A stretch of DNA of 64,000 nucleotides from a virus. A model generated the notes under the pieces. It worked only from the letters and a program-made list of their open reading frames with translations, did no database searches and was not told the DNA's origin. The stretch is from positions 1 through 64,000 of IMG/VR virus record IMGVR_UViG_3300030331_002523; one strand, 5' to 3'. The translations under genes were made by a program, and so were the position numbers. Numbering within the stretch: position 1 is the stretch's first letter; each line of letters starts with the position of its first letter. Of this stretch, positions 41,801-51,066 are shown piece by piece.

Positions 41801-44503
41801 GAAGAACAAATAAACTATAATAAACAGCTGTATGCAGATAAAACAGCTGTTAGAAACTTTAAAAGACCTGAGATCATAGATGAGAATGGTTATAGAGATG
41901 GAGATAACTTTAAGTATACAGATGAGTTTAAAAGAGCAAGAAGGCAAAATGAAGTTTTTGTAAAAACTACAACAGGTGGTTATTGGACAAAAAGAGAATC
42001 AGTATCTGATACGCAGTATAATGAATACCTACACACATACTTTGATCATGTTACAGAAGAAGATCAGGTTCATATAGCAATAAAAGACGCAGATGGTAAC
42101 TTTACAGGACAAACATATATTCTAGATAACGGTACATTTGTTAAAAAAGAGTATCAAGAAATAAGAGAAGAGTCTAGAGATGGTGTTGACTTTGTAGATC
42201 CTAAGTATAAAAAACTTATGAATCCTACTAATGCATTAGAAGAAGCACAGGCTGAATATTATGCAATGTTTACTGATATATATGAAAATGAATTATTAAA
42301 TCTTTTACCAGAAAATGTAATGATGGTAGGTAAGATGCCTAGGATCATGGGGCGTGTTACAGAAGACCTTGATAAAAAATCTAATGTAGTTGGTAAACTA
42401 TATACAAGAATGAAGACAGGAATCAAAGAAGCGTTCTCAACAACTACTACTGTAAAGAAAGCTATGACAGATGAGTTTGGTAATATTATTACAGATTCTT
42501 TACCAATTTATTATACAGGCACATTAGCTAGACAAGAGACTATAGAAAAGACTGAAGCACTTATTGATACATTAACACAAGAATATCAAGCTGCAGATTC
42601 TTTTATTAAGAAGAGAAAGATTGGTAAAGAGTTAACTAAACAAAAAAGTTTACTAAACAACTTAAAAAACAAACCTTCAGTAGAAAACTTAAATACAAAT
42701 CTTTCTGAGTCATTAATTTCATTTGCAGCAATGGCTGAGAGCTATGAAGTTAAAGCACAGGCTGAAGATACCTATAAAGCTTTTCTACAGATTATAAAAG
42801 ATAGAGATTACACTGATTCAAAAGGGAATGTAAAAATTAATGATGAGGGTCAAGAAGTTGGAACTGGTAGAGGTAGAGGTCAAAACTCAAGAATATATCA
42901 AAGAGCACTTAAGTGGATGAAGATGGTATATTATAATAATGATAATGATACTAAGACCTGGTTTGATAAATTTTCAAAAGGTTTAATTACAACTACATCA
43001 CTTGCATATGTAGGATTTAACGTTTTTGGTAACATTAACAACTATGTTATGGCACGTGTAAACAATGCTATAGAAACAGCTGGAGAAAGATTTTTTAAGA
43101 GAAGAGCAATGTATAGAGCTACTGCAAGATTTAATAGTAGACTTCCTAGAGATATTATGAGTGGTTTAGCTAATAATATGGATGGAGATAGAAAGTGGAA
43201 AGATGGAAATAATAGAGGAAAATATTTAGCTATGGTTCAGTTGTTAAGAATGATGGATGATAAAAAAGACATCCGTGAATCTAATATAGAAGCTGACTCT
43301 GCTTCAGTACGTGGTACAGCTAAAGATATGTTTTCAGATATGAATGCTGATAATGTAATTAGATTTACTAAGGCTGCTTTTGATAGATTTCATGAGATTG
43401 GATATATTCTTCAGGATGCTGGTGAGTTTAATGTACAAACTAAAGTTGGACATGCAATTGTTGAGTCTACTACTATGAAAAATAGTAAGACAGGAGAAAC
43501 CCTTTCTTTATATGATGCTTTCTCATGGGATAGTACAAAACTAGAACTCAAGCTAAAGGATGGTTTTGACACTGTAATATTTTACAATCCTGGAACACCA
43601 AAATTACATAACAAAGAATTTAAGATAGGTGAGAAGGGACACAGGTTTAAAACATTTGATGATGTAAGAAAAGAAATAAGAAATTATATACGTGAGGTAA
43701 ACAAGCAGATCCATGGTAACTATGCTCATGAAGATAGAATGGTTATTCAATCACACGCATTAGGTCAACTAGCAGCACAGTTCCATAAGTGGGTTATACC
43801 TGCATACAAAGCTAGATTCCGTCCTGAATATTTTGATGAGAACTTAGGATGGTTAGAAGGTAGATACCTTACATTTTTTAATTTTATGAAGTATGCTTTC
43901 AAGAATATAGGTCATATAGGATCTATTGCATCTAACTATAAGGAGTTTAATGGTGAGAAGGGTATGATGAAACTACAGAATGTTAATAGAGTTATAGGAG
44001 AGATGGCAATCATCATGACTGTATTTATCATTAAAACTTTACTCTCAAATGCTCTAGGTAATGATGATGATGATGAGAGAAATGTATATGCAGTAACTCT
44101 ACGTTCTAGAACACGAAAGGGTGTGGTAAGATCTAGATTAGAAAATGCACTATTATATCAAGCAAGTAGACTACATAAAGAACTTATATTATTCTCTCCT
44201 TTAGTAGGTGTACCTGTCTATGGTGGGGGTCTACAACAGATGTATCAAATGTGGAAGTCACCTCTTGCTTCAACTAGAACATTAGGTGAACTTGGACAAG
44301 CATTAGAGATGACTGTTGGTACAGGCTTAGCTTACTTATATATGGACTCAGATAGCTTTAGAGAATCAGAATTCTTCTATGAAAGAGGAAAGAGGAAAGG
44401 ACAACTTAAACTTAAAAAAGAATGGGGTGATGCCCTTCCTATTCTCTATACTATAAACAGATGGAAGTCTTATGATAATGCAAAAGATTTCTTTATTAAA
44501 TAA
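38885..44503 (+). CDS. Large ejection protein (third of the vRNAP block) with degenerate zincin and nuclease-like motifs
   Basis: 1872 aa; EEVLHP at 39527-39544; C-terminal helical region with HGNY...QFHKW...EGRY and a hydrophobic segment. Confidence 0.65.
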   Translation: MAVCYNRNTEEYKALKTEFKSPFIVDSIIRDYQIINKNDNIPTVEEALEVVNDQKSINKITTRKAVSTIYANLVSKGYVYQRGNKYYVTNNSIQVAKIAAKYLETAGFPKSTLQVRKGANIMEAVVNDSINYGDIITNINIDQDRTHTVKVLDELTKKVQGLKYAVMDSATAGALYKMLPNEVKQDVPFSEVKSFFYDGAAILIKGRVNNAVALEEVLHPVVESFYLDDIELFNRFVEEVSPEIKEEVEERYSAQRGFTEKERQLEMVTKALSQHFSGERPATSRSFIQIMNDFLKWFADVIRSLYKKLSGKTLNLSDSVINSSMNLSDLARKLNTEDLQFVLNPKALQPEKVRYALSPQKKTVLNNIIKQHSFPVQKMLIENLFHGVASAKDRFNDLAAAQVVFVDGKYENVETGEEYRSAREALMGDQFDSSFDVEEVFGEDLSKVLYGAVLGTSYETIEKGFTKISRGNQEVEAMYNDLVTRIDTMKDLDKSVFIPEVIIADHTNKIADTVHILKVDRYGQFTPINLRIGKVSKKSKIYRDRTEAVSNTSLFFEEGAEFVLTPKMQDNLRLGVQRRMFENLGYVLSDAGTTFHVQKKGNNYIIEDTTLHMLSENEYLINQVMPENVDEENAAVIDQILSIDRNPEIDVTFDDFEVEDVPEIGADMFDALVRALTDFRKGLISREQALTNARNVLQMDKSRAQMLKEVGMTRTLIEQNINDPDEITRVYFEIVNDSIKQIQEFKEYIGDPDNFNKPEYITRVLSWQKFVESYRGLANIAESEGLSSNQKSKIIELIKELNSLVGVRRADGTIVESGQFDLAIRNYIKQFVRDNSNQDFDNEDLEELLNTAKDIGWGEQNLYDLDGSKDTLLALMAKKYKYDQQTIKDRIEARIPRIQAATLKLKQANGGRLDKNAFDFMIQMIDGKMTGRYVKKIGSIFYQQLNELNQKLYDDEGGWKQYIEIDDLADATEEQINYNKQLYADKTAVRNFKRPEIIDENGYRDGDNFKYTDEFKRARRQNEVFVKTTTGGYWTKRESVSDTQYNEYLHTYFDHVTEEDQVHIAIKDADGNFTGQTYILDNGTFVKKEYQEIREESRDGVDFVDPKYKKLMNPTNALEEAQAEYYAMFTDIYENELLNLLPENVMMVGKMPRIMGRVTEDLDKKSNVVGKLYTRMKTGIKEAFSTTTTVKKAMTDEFGNIITDSLPIYYTGTLARQETIEKTEALIDTLTQEYQAADSFIKKRKIGKELTKQKSLLNNLKNKPSVENLNTNLSESLISFAAMAESYEVKAQAEDTYKAFLQIIKDRDYTDSKGNVKINDEGQEVGTGRGRGQNSRIYQRALKWMKMVYYNNDNDTKTWFDKFSKGLITTTSLAYVGFNVFGNINNYVMARVNNAIETAGERFFKRRAMYRATARFNSRLPRDIMSGLANNMDGDRKWKDGNNRGKYLAMVQLLRMMDDKKDIRESNIEADSASVRGTAKDMFSDMNADNVIRFTKAAFDRFHEIGYILQDAGEFNVQTKVGHAIVESTTMKNSKTGETLSLYDAFSWDSTKLELKLKDGFDTVIFYNPGTPKLHNKEFKIGEKGHRFKTFDDVRKEIRNYIREVNKQIHGNYAHEDRMVIQSHALGQLAAQFHKWVIPAYKARFRPEYFDENLGWLEGRYLTFFNFMKYAFKNIGHIGSIASNYKEFNGEKGMMKLQNVNRVIGEMAIIMTVFIIKTLLSNALGNDDDDERNVYAVTLRSRTRKGVVRSRLENALLYQASRLHKELILFSPLVGVPVYGGGLQQMYQMWKSPLASTRTLGELGQALEMTVGTGLAYLYMDSDSFRESEFFYERGKRKGQLKLKKEWGDALPILYTINRWKSYDNAKDFFIK

Positions 44504-44565
44504 AATTTAATATTCTTTTAATACTCTCTTAATATGTAGTTAATATCTACTTCTTATATTATAAT

Positions 44566-44643
44566 ATGAAGAAGATAGATATAACTCCAGCAATTTATAT
44601 AGCAGTAATGGTTGTTATGTTTGTGATAGGTACTTTTATATAA
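44566..44643 (+). CDS. 25-aa hydrophobic membrane peptide MKKIDITPAIYIAVMVVMFVIGTFI (not in ORF track)
   Basis: Manually translated; single TM helix; immediately preceded by the TATATTATAAT motif. Confidence 0.45.
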   Translation: MKKIDITPAIYIAVMVVMFVIGTFI

Positions 44644-46495
44644 CCTCACAAGCACCACCAGCACAAGCTAGTTCACCTTTAAGATCTGTATTATCTGCAA
44701 GTTCTACAACTTTGGATAGATCAACAGATTTTAAAGTTTCTAGCAATTCCTCATACTTCTCTTTTGTAATGTCTTCAAAAGGAGCTTGAGTATATGTACC
44801 ACCATCATATGGTAATACAGATAGACCATTATAGTGTTTTCTATTATCCCACATCCAGTTACCGGCTTTTTCCCACTCTTCTTCCTTAAGTGATATTGTA
44901 GCGGATACATTGTGAGAGTTAGAACCTCTTCTGTGTCCAGGAGCAATCCACTCTTGTGATATCTTTTTTACTCTTTCAAGTAAATCAAATGGAGATTCTG
45001 TTCTAAGTATAGATCCTTCAGGTGCCATTTGGGGTATGCTAATTATAGCAGTATCAGCAGGTCTAAAGAAGCAGTCTTCAATAAGTTCTGGATGATTTGT
45101 AAGCAAGTATGTATAGATAGCTTCATTCTTTCCTACACGTAGCCTTCTTACATAGTAATCATTATGCCAAGCGTGTATACCAGATGAAGTTCCTAGGGTT
45201 AAGGATGTAGTACCTGCAGGCTTTACGGTAGTGCACCTTGCAGAAGATTTTATATTTAGTAGTTTTGCAACTCTTGCATTCTCCTTTTTTACTATAAGTG
45301 CTGACTCAGAAGCATTAAGATTTAAGACTTTACCACTTCCAATACCAGTCATAGATATACCAATAAGTGCATCTTTTTCTGTAGTTTCTTTCCATATCTG
45401 TCTGAGGTAGTGGAAGTTAGTATAACTAGCCTGGAGTGTTCCAATAAATGTTGCAGCTTTTACCCTTTCATTCAAATCTTCTTGAGACACTACATTTGAT
45501 ACGTTTACCTCACATAAGTTACAGAATTGATAAGGACGTAGTGCTATCTCACAACAAGGATTAGTTCCCCAGTCTTTGTCATTATTTAAGTATATACCAG
45601 GCTCACCTGCACCAGACAACTCAACACGTTTCCATAGATCCATAAAGAACTTCTTAGTTATTTTATGTCTCATTAATACAGCAGAGTTATTAGCTCTACC
45701 ACGTTGTGGATTATGCTCCCACCATGCTCCTGATTTAGCACCAATCATTTGATCATCATCTGCACTAAATAAACTAATAAGAGCAGCACGTCTAATACCA
45801 CCAGCAAGTACAGCATCAGCAATATGACATACCATATCATGCACCTCAAGTGTAGTTAACTGATCACCATTTTCTTTTGCACTTAATAATCCTTCAAGTT
45901 TAAGTAAACATTCTTTAAGTGGTTGTGGGCCTGGAGCTTTACCACCTGACGTAACTAACCTTGCACCTTTAGGTCTTATATCAGAATAGTCAAAGATAAC
46001 TTTAGACGATCTACCATTCATGTAAGACTTTACAAGTACTTTAACTGCATCAGCCCAACCCTCAATAGAGTCACCAATTAAATATCTTTTAGTTCTTTTT
46101 GCATATGGTTTATTAATCTGTGGTAACTTTTCTATATGATGTTTTTGAACAGAATAACCAACACCTGTACCACCAAGTAATAAAAACATTATCTCACTAA
46201 ATGATTCAACAGAGTCAACAGGAAGATATGCACAGTTGTAGATTCTATTAGGAGAAATTTCAATTGGCTTACCACCAAACTGCATAGATCTCATAGAAGG
46301 CAAAACCTTTTTATCATAGACAAATTTATACACCTCTTCTATTTCTTCCTTAAGATCAGGAAATTTCTTCAAATGCATGCTTTTATTTCTTGTTACTAAT
46401 TCTTCCCATGTTTCTCTTCTATTAAGTTCTGGGATATATTTTGCATATTTCATATGTACTGTTATGTCACTAAGGATTTTGTTACTTCTGTTCAT
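44636..46495 (-). CDS. nrdJ: Class II (adenosylcobalamin-dependent) ribonucleotide reductase
   Basis: NCA, GTGVG, RRAAL, TNPCCEI thiyl-radical loop, TVKPAGT, C-terminal CAGGAC redox pair; no adjacent beta subunit gene. Confidence 0.9.
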   Translation of the reverse strand: MNRSNKILSDITVHMKYAKYIPELNRRETWEELVTRNKSMHLKKFPDLKEEIEEVYKFVYDKKVLPSMRSMQFGGKPIEISPNRIYNCAYLPVDSVESFSEIMFLLLGGTGVGYSVQKHHIEKLPQINKPYAKRTKRYLIGDSIEGWADAVKVLVKSYMNGRSSKVIFDYSDIRPKGARLVTSGGKAPGPQPLKECLLKLEGLLSAKENGDQLTTLEVHDMVCHIADAVLAGGIRRAALISLFSADDDQMIGAKSGAWWEHNPQRGRANNSAVLMRHKITKKFFMDLWKRVELSGAGEPGIYLNNDKDWGTNPCCEIALRPYQFCNLCEVNVSNVVSQEDLNERVKAATFIGTLQASYTNFHYLRQIWKETTEKDALIGISMTGIGSGKVLNLNASESALIVKKENARVAKLLNIKSSARCTTVKPAGTTSLTLGTSSGIHAWHNDYYVRRLRVGKNEAIYTYLLTNHPELIEDCFFRPADTAIISIPQMAPEGSILRTESPFDLLERVKKISQEWIAPGHRRGSNSHNVSATISLKEEEWEKAGNWMWDNRKHYNGLSVLPYDGGTYTQAPFEDITKEKYEELLETLKSVDLSKVVELADNTDLKGELACAGGACEVI

Positions 46496-46616
46496 TTTAT
46501 TTTTTTTTTATTAGATTAATATTAAGTAGGGACTTATAAGATACTTAAAATAAATTTTATTTCTATATAATATAACAGATAAATTTATAGAATAAGAACT
46601 TTCTTTTCTTAAATCA

Positions 46617-46636
46617 TTTTTGTATATTATATATGT
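46617..46636 (+). promoter_or_regulatory. Candidate late-promoter motif, copy 2
   Basis: TTTTTGTATATTATATATGT, intergenic before 46677. Confidence 0.55.
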
Positions 46637-46676
46637 ATATAAAATAGTTTACAAATATAAGAATTGTTTCTAAGTA

Positions 46677-46988
46677 ATGGCTGATAATACTACAAATATG
46701 GAACTTATGTCACTAAGAATGGATAATATGGAAAAAAAGCTAGAGGAAATAGATGAAAAACTAGATGCTTTAACAAAAAAATTATTAGATCCAGATGATG
46801 GTTTTGTTACAAGAGTAAATAAAAACACTGCTTTCAGAAGACTAAGAGAAGAAGAAATGCCTTATTTAGATGAAATGATTGAAGACTTTAATGATGTAAA
46901 GAAGTGGAAAGATAATGTTTCAAAAGCATTATGGATACTGTTTACTGCTATTGTTGGTGTTATAATTAAATTAATATTTTTTGCATAA
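46677..46988 (+). CDS. Coiled-coil protein with C-terminal TM helix (XhlA/holin-like)
   Basis: Heptad N-terminus; ALWILFTAIVGVIIKLIFF at the C-terminus. Confidence 0.5.
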   Translation: MADNTTNMELMSLRMDNMEKKLEEIDEKLDALTKKLLDPDDGFVTRVNKNTAFRRLREEEMPYLDEMIEDFNDVKKWKDNVSKALWILFTAIVGVIIKLIFFA

Positions 46989-47443
46989 TGGCAGCCCCAA
47001 CTCCGCAACATACAGCATCAGGATCTGTTACGACAGACTTCTTTCAACAGACATCATGTTCTTCTGCTGATACCTGGACAACTTTAATACCACAAAAGGC
47101 TATTCCTTCTGGTGTTAAAATAGGAAGAGCTGAATCAAGAAGGAAATTAGGGATGATATCATTTCATCATACAACAACAGGAGAACCAATTAAATTTGGT
47201 ATAAGAGTGCTAAATAAGCTAACTGGTGCTGTAGGAACAGAGTTTATGTTAGTATATGAGGATTATGTTACATCACAAGAAGAAAGAATGAGTGATGTAG
47301 ATATAATACAGGGGATGGATAAAAAAAGTTGTAAAACTTTTGATTTTTCAAAATTTGAATATATCTGGATTAATTATGAATTACAGTATTATTCATCTAA
47401 AACATCAGGTTTTATAATAAATTGTAATTTACAAATAAGCTAA
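46988..47443 (+). CDS. Hypothetical beta-rich protein, possible virion decoration
   Basis: 151-aa ORF coupled by TAATG overlap. Confidence 0.45.
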   Translation: MAAPTPQHTASGSVTTDFFQQTSCSSADTWTTLIPQKAIPSGVKIGRAESRRKLGMISFHHTTTGEPIKFGIRVLNKLTGAVGTEFMLVYEDYVTSQEERMSDVDIIQGMDKKSCKTFDFSKFEYIWINYELQYYSSKTSGFIINCNLQIS

Positions 47444-47447
47444 TATC

Positions 47448-47732
47448 ATGGCAAAAGAACTAAATGAAGACACAAGTTTTAAGGTAAGTATAAAAACACT
47501 TATAGGTATTGGTTTTGGTATAGCCACTATTGTAGGAATGTGGTTTGCTTTGCAAGCAGATATTGAAGAGGCTAAAGAATTACCAGCACCTCCTGATCCT
47601 GAAGTAACACGCATGGAGTTTGATATGAAAGATCAAATGATCCGTGGAACCATTATGAATACACAAGATGATGTTAAGGAGATAAAAGAAGATATTAAAA
47701 GAATAGAAGAAAAAATAGATAAACTAAAATAA
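47448..47732 (+). CDS. Single-TM coiled-coil protein
   Basis: TM LIGIGFGIATIVGMWFAL followed by a C-terminal coiled coil. Confidence 0.55.
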   Translation: MAKELNEDTSFKVSIKTLIGIGFGIATIVGMWFALQADIEEAKELPAPPDPEVTRMEFDMKDQMIRGTIMNTQDDVKEIKEDIKRIEEKIDKLK

Positions 47733-47863
47733 TGGCAAAGAGACAAAAAAAATTATTAACCTATATTTCTAAGAAGAGAAAGAAAAGACCTGGTGTACAT
47801 AGTAAAAATGCATCTAGAAGTCAAAGTAAGAGAAAAAAGAAATATAGAGGCCAAGGCCGTTAA
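47732..47863 (+). CDS. 43-aa basic peptide ending in KKYRGQGR (not in ORF track)
   Basis: Manually translated MAKRQKKLLTYISKKRKKRPGVHSKNASRSQSKRKKKYRGQGR; TAATG coupling; the YRGQG tail is a recurrent motif in small phage proteins. Confidence 0.7.
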   Translation: MAKRQKKLLTYISKKRKKRPGVHSKNASRSQSKRKKKYRGQGR

Positions 47864-47874
47864 ACTAAAAGATT

Positions 47875-48225
47875 ATGAGAGACCAAGTATGGAAAATATT
47901 TTTGAGTTATTTATTTGTATTGTTTTTATTGTTTGCCTCATCAGATGCTTATTCACAGATTACAGCAATACATTTTAATGCTGGTTGGAATGACGCAAAT
48001 GGTGTAACTTGGTTTAGTAAGTTAAAGGAATGTGAAAAGAAAAAGCTTTCTATAGATAAAGCTGGTATACAGAAAAAATATAATATAGCAGTAATACCTA
48101 CTATTATAATATTTAAAGATGGTGAGGAAGTTAAACGTTTTCAGGCAGACCTTAGTTTTAAAATGGTAGCTACTAAAGAAGAGATACAAGAGTTTATAGA
48201 TGATTTAATAATGAGTGAATTTTAA
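47875..48225 (+). CDS. Exported thioredoxin-fold protein lacking CxxC
   Basis: Signal peptide (..ASSDAYSQ); HFNAGWN in place of F.A.WCxxC; cis-Pro motif IPTIIIFKDGEEVKRF. Confidence 0.7.
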   Translation: MRDQVWKIFLSYLFVLFLLFASSDAYSQITAIHFNAGWNDANGVTWFSKLKECEKKKLSIDKAGIQKKYNIAVIPTIIIFKDGEEVKRFQADLSFKMVATKEEIQEFIDDLIMSEF

Positions 48226-48226
48226 T

Positions 48227-50692
48227 ATGAAAAGAATTTTATTTATAGTATTTATTATGATGTCACAATTTGTGATGTCTCAGCCTTCATACGTAGTTGT
48301 TGAAGCACAATATGATTCTTGGGGACCTCAAGAGTCTAGTTTTTATATGACTAATAATCAAGGAGATACAATATATGAACACACACCAACACAACCTTAT
48401 GAATACTTACTAGATACTGTATGGACTAATGCGGGTCAATATACAGCATTCTTACTAGATCAATATGGTGATGGTTGGCAAGATACAGACACAACAGGAT
48501 ATTTTAGAACATGGAATAGTTGTCAAGATACTATAGTAGAGTTTATATGCAGCCCTACTAATTACTTTTCAATGGAGGTTATAAACTTTAACTTAGGACC
48601 ATGTCTACCTAATGGACCACCTCCAACACCATGTTTTCCTGCAGCACTAATAATAAATTTAGATCAGTATCAGTCAGAAACATCCTGGCAGATAACCGAT
48701 TCTTTAGGTACTATAGTAGCTTCAGGTAGTGGTTATGGATCTCAACCAGACTATGGACAAGTGGTAGAACCACTATGTTTACCAGAAGGAGACTTAAATC
48801 TTACAATGTTTGATTCATATGGAGATGGATTACAAGGCTCTCTTTGGCAAGGTCAAGATGGATCATACTTTTTAAAACAGTGTGGAGACACACTTGTAGC
48901 AGGTACTGACCCTGCTTTTGGTACAGACACAACACATGTCTTTACTATAGGTGAATGCCCTCCTATATATGGGTGTACAGATGATGATTATGTAGAATGG
49001 AATCCGTTTGCAGATACTGATGATGGTAGCTGTCAAACATTAAAAGTATTTGGGTGCATTGATCCAGATGCATTTAACTATGATTCTACAGCTAACACAA
49101 TGGACCTAGTTCCACAATGTGAGTTTACACTAATACTGCATGATCTGATGGGTAATGGTTGGGTTGGTTCAAATTTACAATTAGAGTTGCCTGATACGTC
49201 TTTTAATTTTACTCACACAGGTGGTTTCAATGATGAATACCAATTTACAATAGATGCTCCGGATCCTGCAGTATTCAGATTTAATATATCTCCTCAAGCA
49301 TCTCTAACAACTATTGAGTGTGGGTTTACTTTACTTAATCCAGAAGGTGATACGCTAATAAGTGTGCAACCTCCATTTATACAACCATTATTTCCTTATG
49401 GGTTTATCACTAATTGTGGTAATACGTGTATAGAAAAGATATTTGGGTGTACAGATAGCCTAGCTTTAAACTATTATGATGAGGCTAATACAGATGATAG
49501 CTCTTGTTACTATGTGGCAGGATGTATGAACCCACTGTATTTAGAATATGATACAGCTGCTGATTATGATGATGGATCATGTGCAACTTTAATTGTTGCA
49601 GGATGCATGGACTCAACAGCTCTTAACTATGATCCGCTAGCAAACGTAGAGATACCAGGATCATGTGTAGCAATAGTAGAAGGATGTATGAATCCTTTAG
49701 CATTTAACTATAATCCTAATGCTAATGTTGATGACTCAACGTGTGTACCTGTTGTTGATGGTTGTACAAATCCTATTGCACTTAATTATGACTCAACTGC
49801 TAATACAGATGATGGTTCTTGTGTATTACCAGTACCAGGGTGTACAGACCCTAATGCATTTAATTACAATCCCCTAGCAAATGTGGATGACTCAAGTTGT
49901 GTTGATATAGTATATGGTTGTACAGATGCTTCTGCCTTTAACTATGATCCTTTAGCCAATGTAGATAATGGTTCTTGTGAACCTTTTATCTTTGGTTGTA
50001 TGGATTCTACTATGTTTAACTTTAATCCACTAGCCAATACAGATGATAACAATTGCATTCCTTTTATTTATGGGTGTACTGACCCTAGTATGCTTAACTA
50101 TAACTCACAAGCTAACACAGAAGATTTTAGCTGTATTCCTTACATTTATGGTTGTACTGATAGTACTGCCCTTAATTATGATCCGTTGGCTAATACTGAG
50201 AATGGCTCTTGCATTGAAGTGGTTACAGGGTGTATGGACCAAGATGCGTGGAACTATGACTCTGTAGCAAATGTAAATGATCCTGAGTCATGCTTATATG
50301 ATGCTGGTTGTATTACGGGCCCTGGTAATCCTTATTGGTTAAATGATGATTGCTATGCATGGGTTATTAGTGTAGATAACTATTGCTGTGATGTAGAGTG
50401 GGATGAAACATGTCAACTAACATATGACTACTGTGGTACAACGTGGACTGGACCAGAGCCACCAGCAAGAATAGGAATAGAAGCAATTATATTATATCCA
50501 AATCCAACACCGGGTATAGTTAATATAAAAGGAGAAAATGTAAATATAAAAGTATATAACCATCTAGGTAAGTTAATTATAACTGAAACAAATGCAACAA
50601 GGTTAGATCTTTCTAACTATGCTGATGGTATATATCATTTACACATAACATTAAATGATAAAACAATTATTAAAAAAATTATTAAAAATTAA
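48227..50692 (+). CDS. Secreted Cys-rich repeat protein with type IX secretion (T9SS) type A C-terminal sorting domain
   Basis: Signal peptide MKRILF...; 13 GC(T/M/I)(D/N)..A.NY...AN.DDGSC repeats; C-terminus LYPNP...VYNHLG...GIY...KKIIKN. Confidence 0.85.
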   Translation: MKRILFIVFIMMSQFVMSQPSYVVVEAQYDSWGPQESSFYMTNNQGDTIYEHTPTQPYEYLLDTVWTNAGQYTAFLLDQYGDGWQDTDTTGYFRTWNSCQDTIVEFICSPTNYFSMEVINFNLGPCLPNGPPPTPCFPAALIINLDQYQSETSWQITDSLGTIVASGSGYGSQPDYGQVVEPLCLPEGDLNLTMFDSYGDGLQGSLWQGQDGSYFLKQCGDTLVAGTDPAFGTDTTHVFTIGECPPIYGCTDDDYVEWNPFADTDDGSCQTLKVFGCIDPDAFNYDSTANTMDLVPQCEFTLILHDLMGNGWVGSNLQLELPDTSFNFTHTGGFNDEYQFTIDAPDPAVFRFNISPQASLTTIECGFTLLNPEGDTLISVQPPFIQPLFPYGFITNCGNTCIEKIFGCTDSLALNYYDEANTDDSSCYYVAGCMNPLYLEYDTAADYDDGSCATLIVAGCMDSTALNYDPLANVEIPGSCVAIVEGCMNPLAFNYNPNANVDDSTCVPVVDGCTNPIALNYDSTANTDDGSCVLPVPGCTDPNAFNYNPLANVDDSSCVDIVYGCTDASAFNYDPLANVDNGSCEPFIFGCMDSTMFNFNPLANTDDNNCIPFIYGCTDPSMLNYNSQANTEDFSCIPYIYGCTDSTALNYDPLANTENGSCIEVVTGCMDQDAWNYDSVANVNDPESCLYDAGCITGPGNPYWLNDDCYAWVISVDNYCCDVEWDETCQLTYDYCGTTWTGPEPPARIGIEAIILYPNPTPGIVNIKGENVNIKVYNHLGKLIITETNATRLDLSNYADGIYHLHITLNDKTIIKKIIKN
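48968..50293 (+). repeat. Coding repeat: 13 copies of a ~26-aa GCTD/ANxDDGSC unit (11 in tandem, 49442-50293)
   Basis: Counted directly in the translation. Confidence 0.85.
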
Positions 50693-50696
50693 AACT

Positions 50697-51056
50697 ATGC
50701 AAACAACAAATAGACAATCAATGGAGCGTTATGCTGCAAAAACAGCAGAAAATACTAGAGAAGTATATATGCCCAGAAATACAGTTATAGTAGAAGGTGG
50801 ACAAGGTATAAAATGCGTAACAGGACATATATATAAAATATATGCTATAAAAACATCCACTATAGAAGCAGCAGCATCTGACTGGGATGTTTTAGGTGCA
50901 GCAGGTACTTCAGGTGCTGGACTAACTGACTATTCCGCTGATATAAAACTTGCTATTAGTCAAGAAATATTAGGTAGATTTAAGACAATAAAATTGGCTG
51001 CTGGTAGTAGTGCAATATGTTATGCAGCAGCAGGAACTTCTATGGAAGTTTTATAA
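50697..51056 (+). CDS. Small beta-rich protein, possible capsid decoration/spike base
   Basis: Start reassigned to MQTTNRQ, just after the upstream stop; G.F..I.L..GS.I.Y-type C-terminus. Confidence 0.4.
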   Translation: MQTTNRQSMERYAAKTAENTREVYMPRNTVIVEGGQGIKCVTGHIYKIYAIKTSTIEAAASDWDVLGAAGTSGAGLTDYSADIKLAISQEILGRFKTIKLAAGSSAICYAAAGTSMEVL

Positions 51057-51066
51057 AAATAAAATT

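Noticed and set aside
309-41947. Many short minus-strand and alternate-frame ORFs in the track within the giant plus-strand genes
   Set aside because: Shadow ORFs fully overlapping long motif-bearing genes, with no recognisable motifs
47793-47978. 61-aa ORF in the track
   Set aside because: Overlaps the better supported YRGQG peptide and the thioredoxin-like gene in other frames
48968-50293. Tandem ~78-nt repeats as a possible CRISPR array or DGR template/variable pair
   Set aside because: Repeats are degenerate at synonymous positions and conserved at protein level; no spacers, cas genes or reverse transcriptase seen
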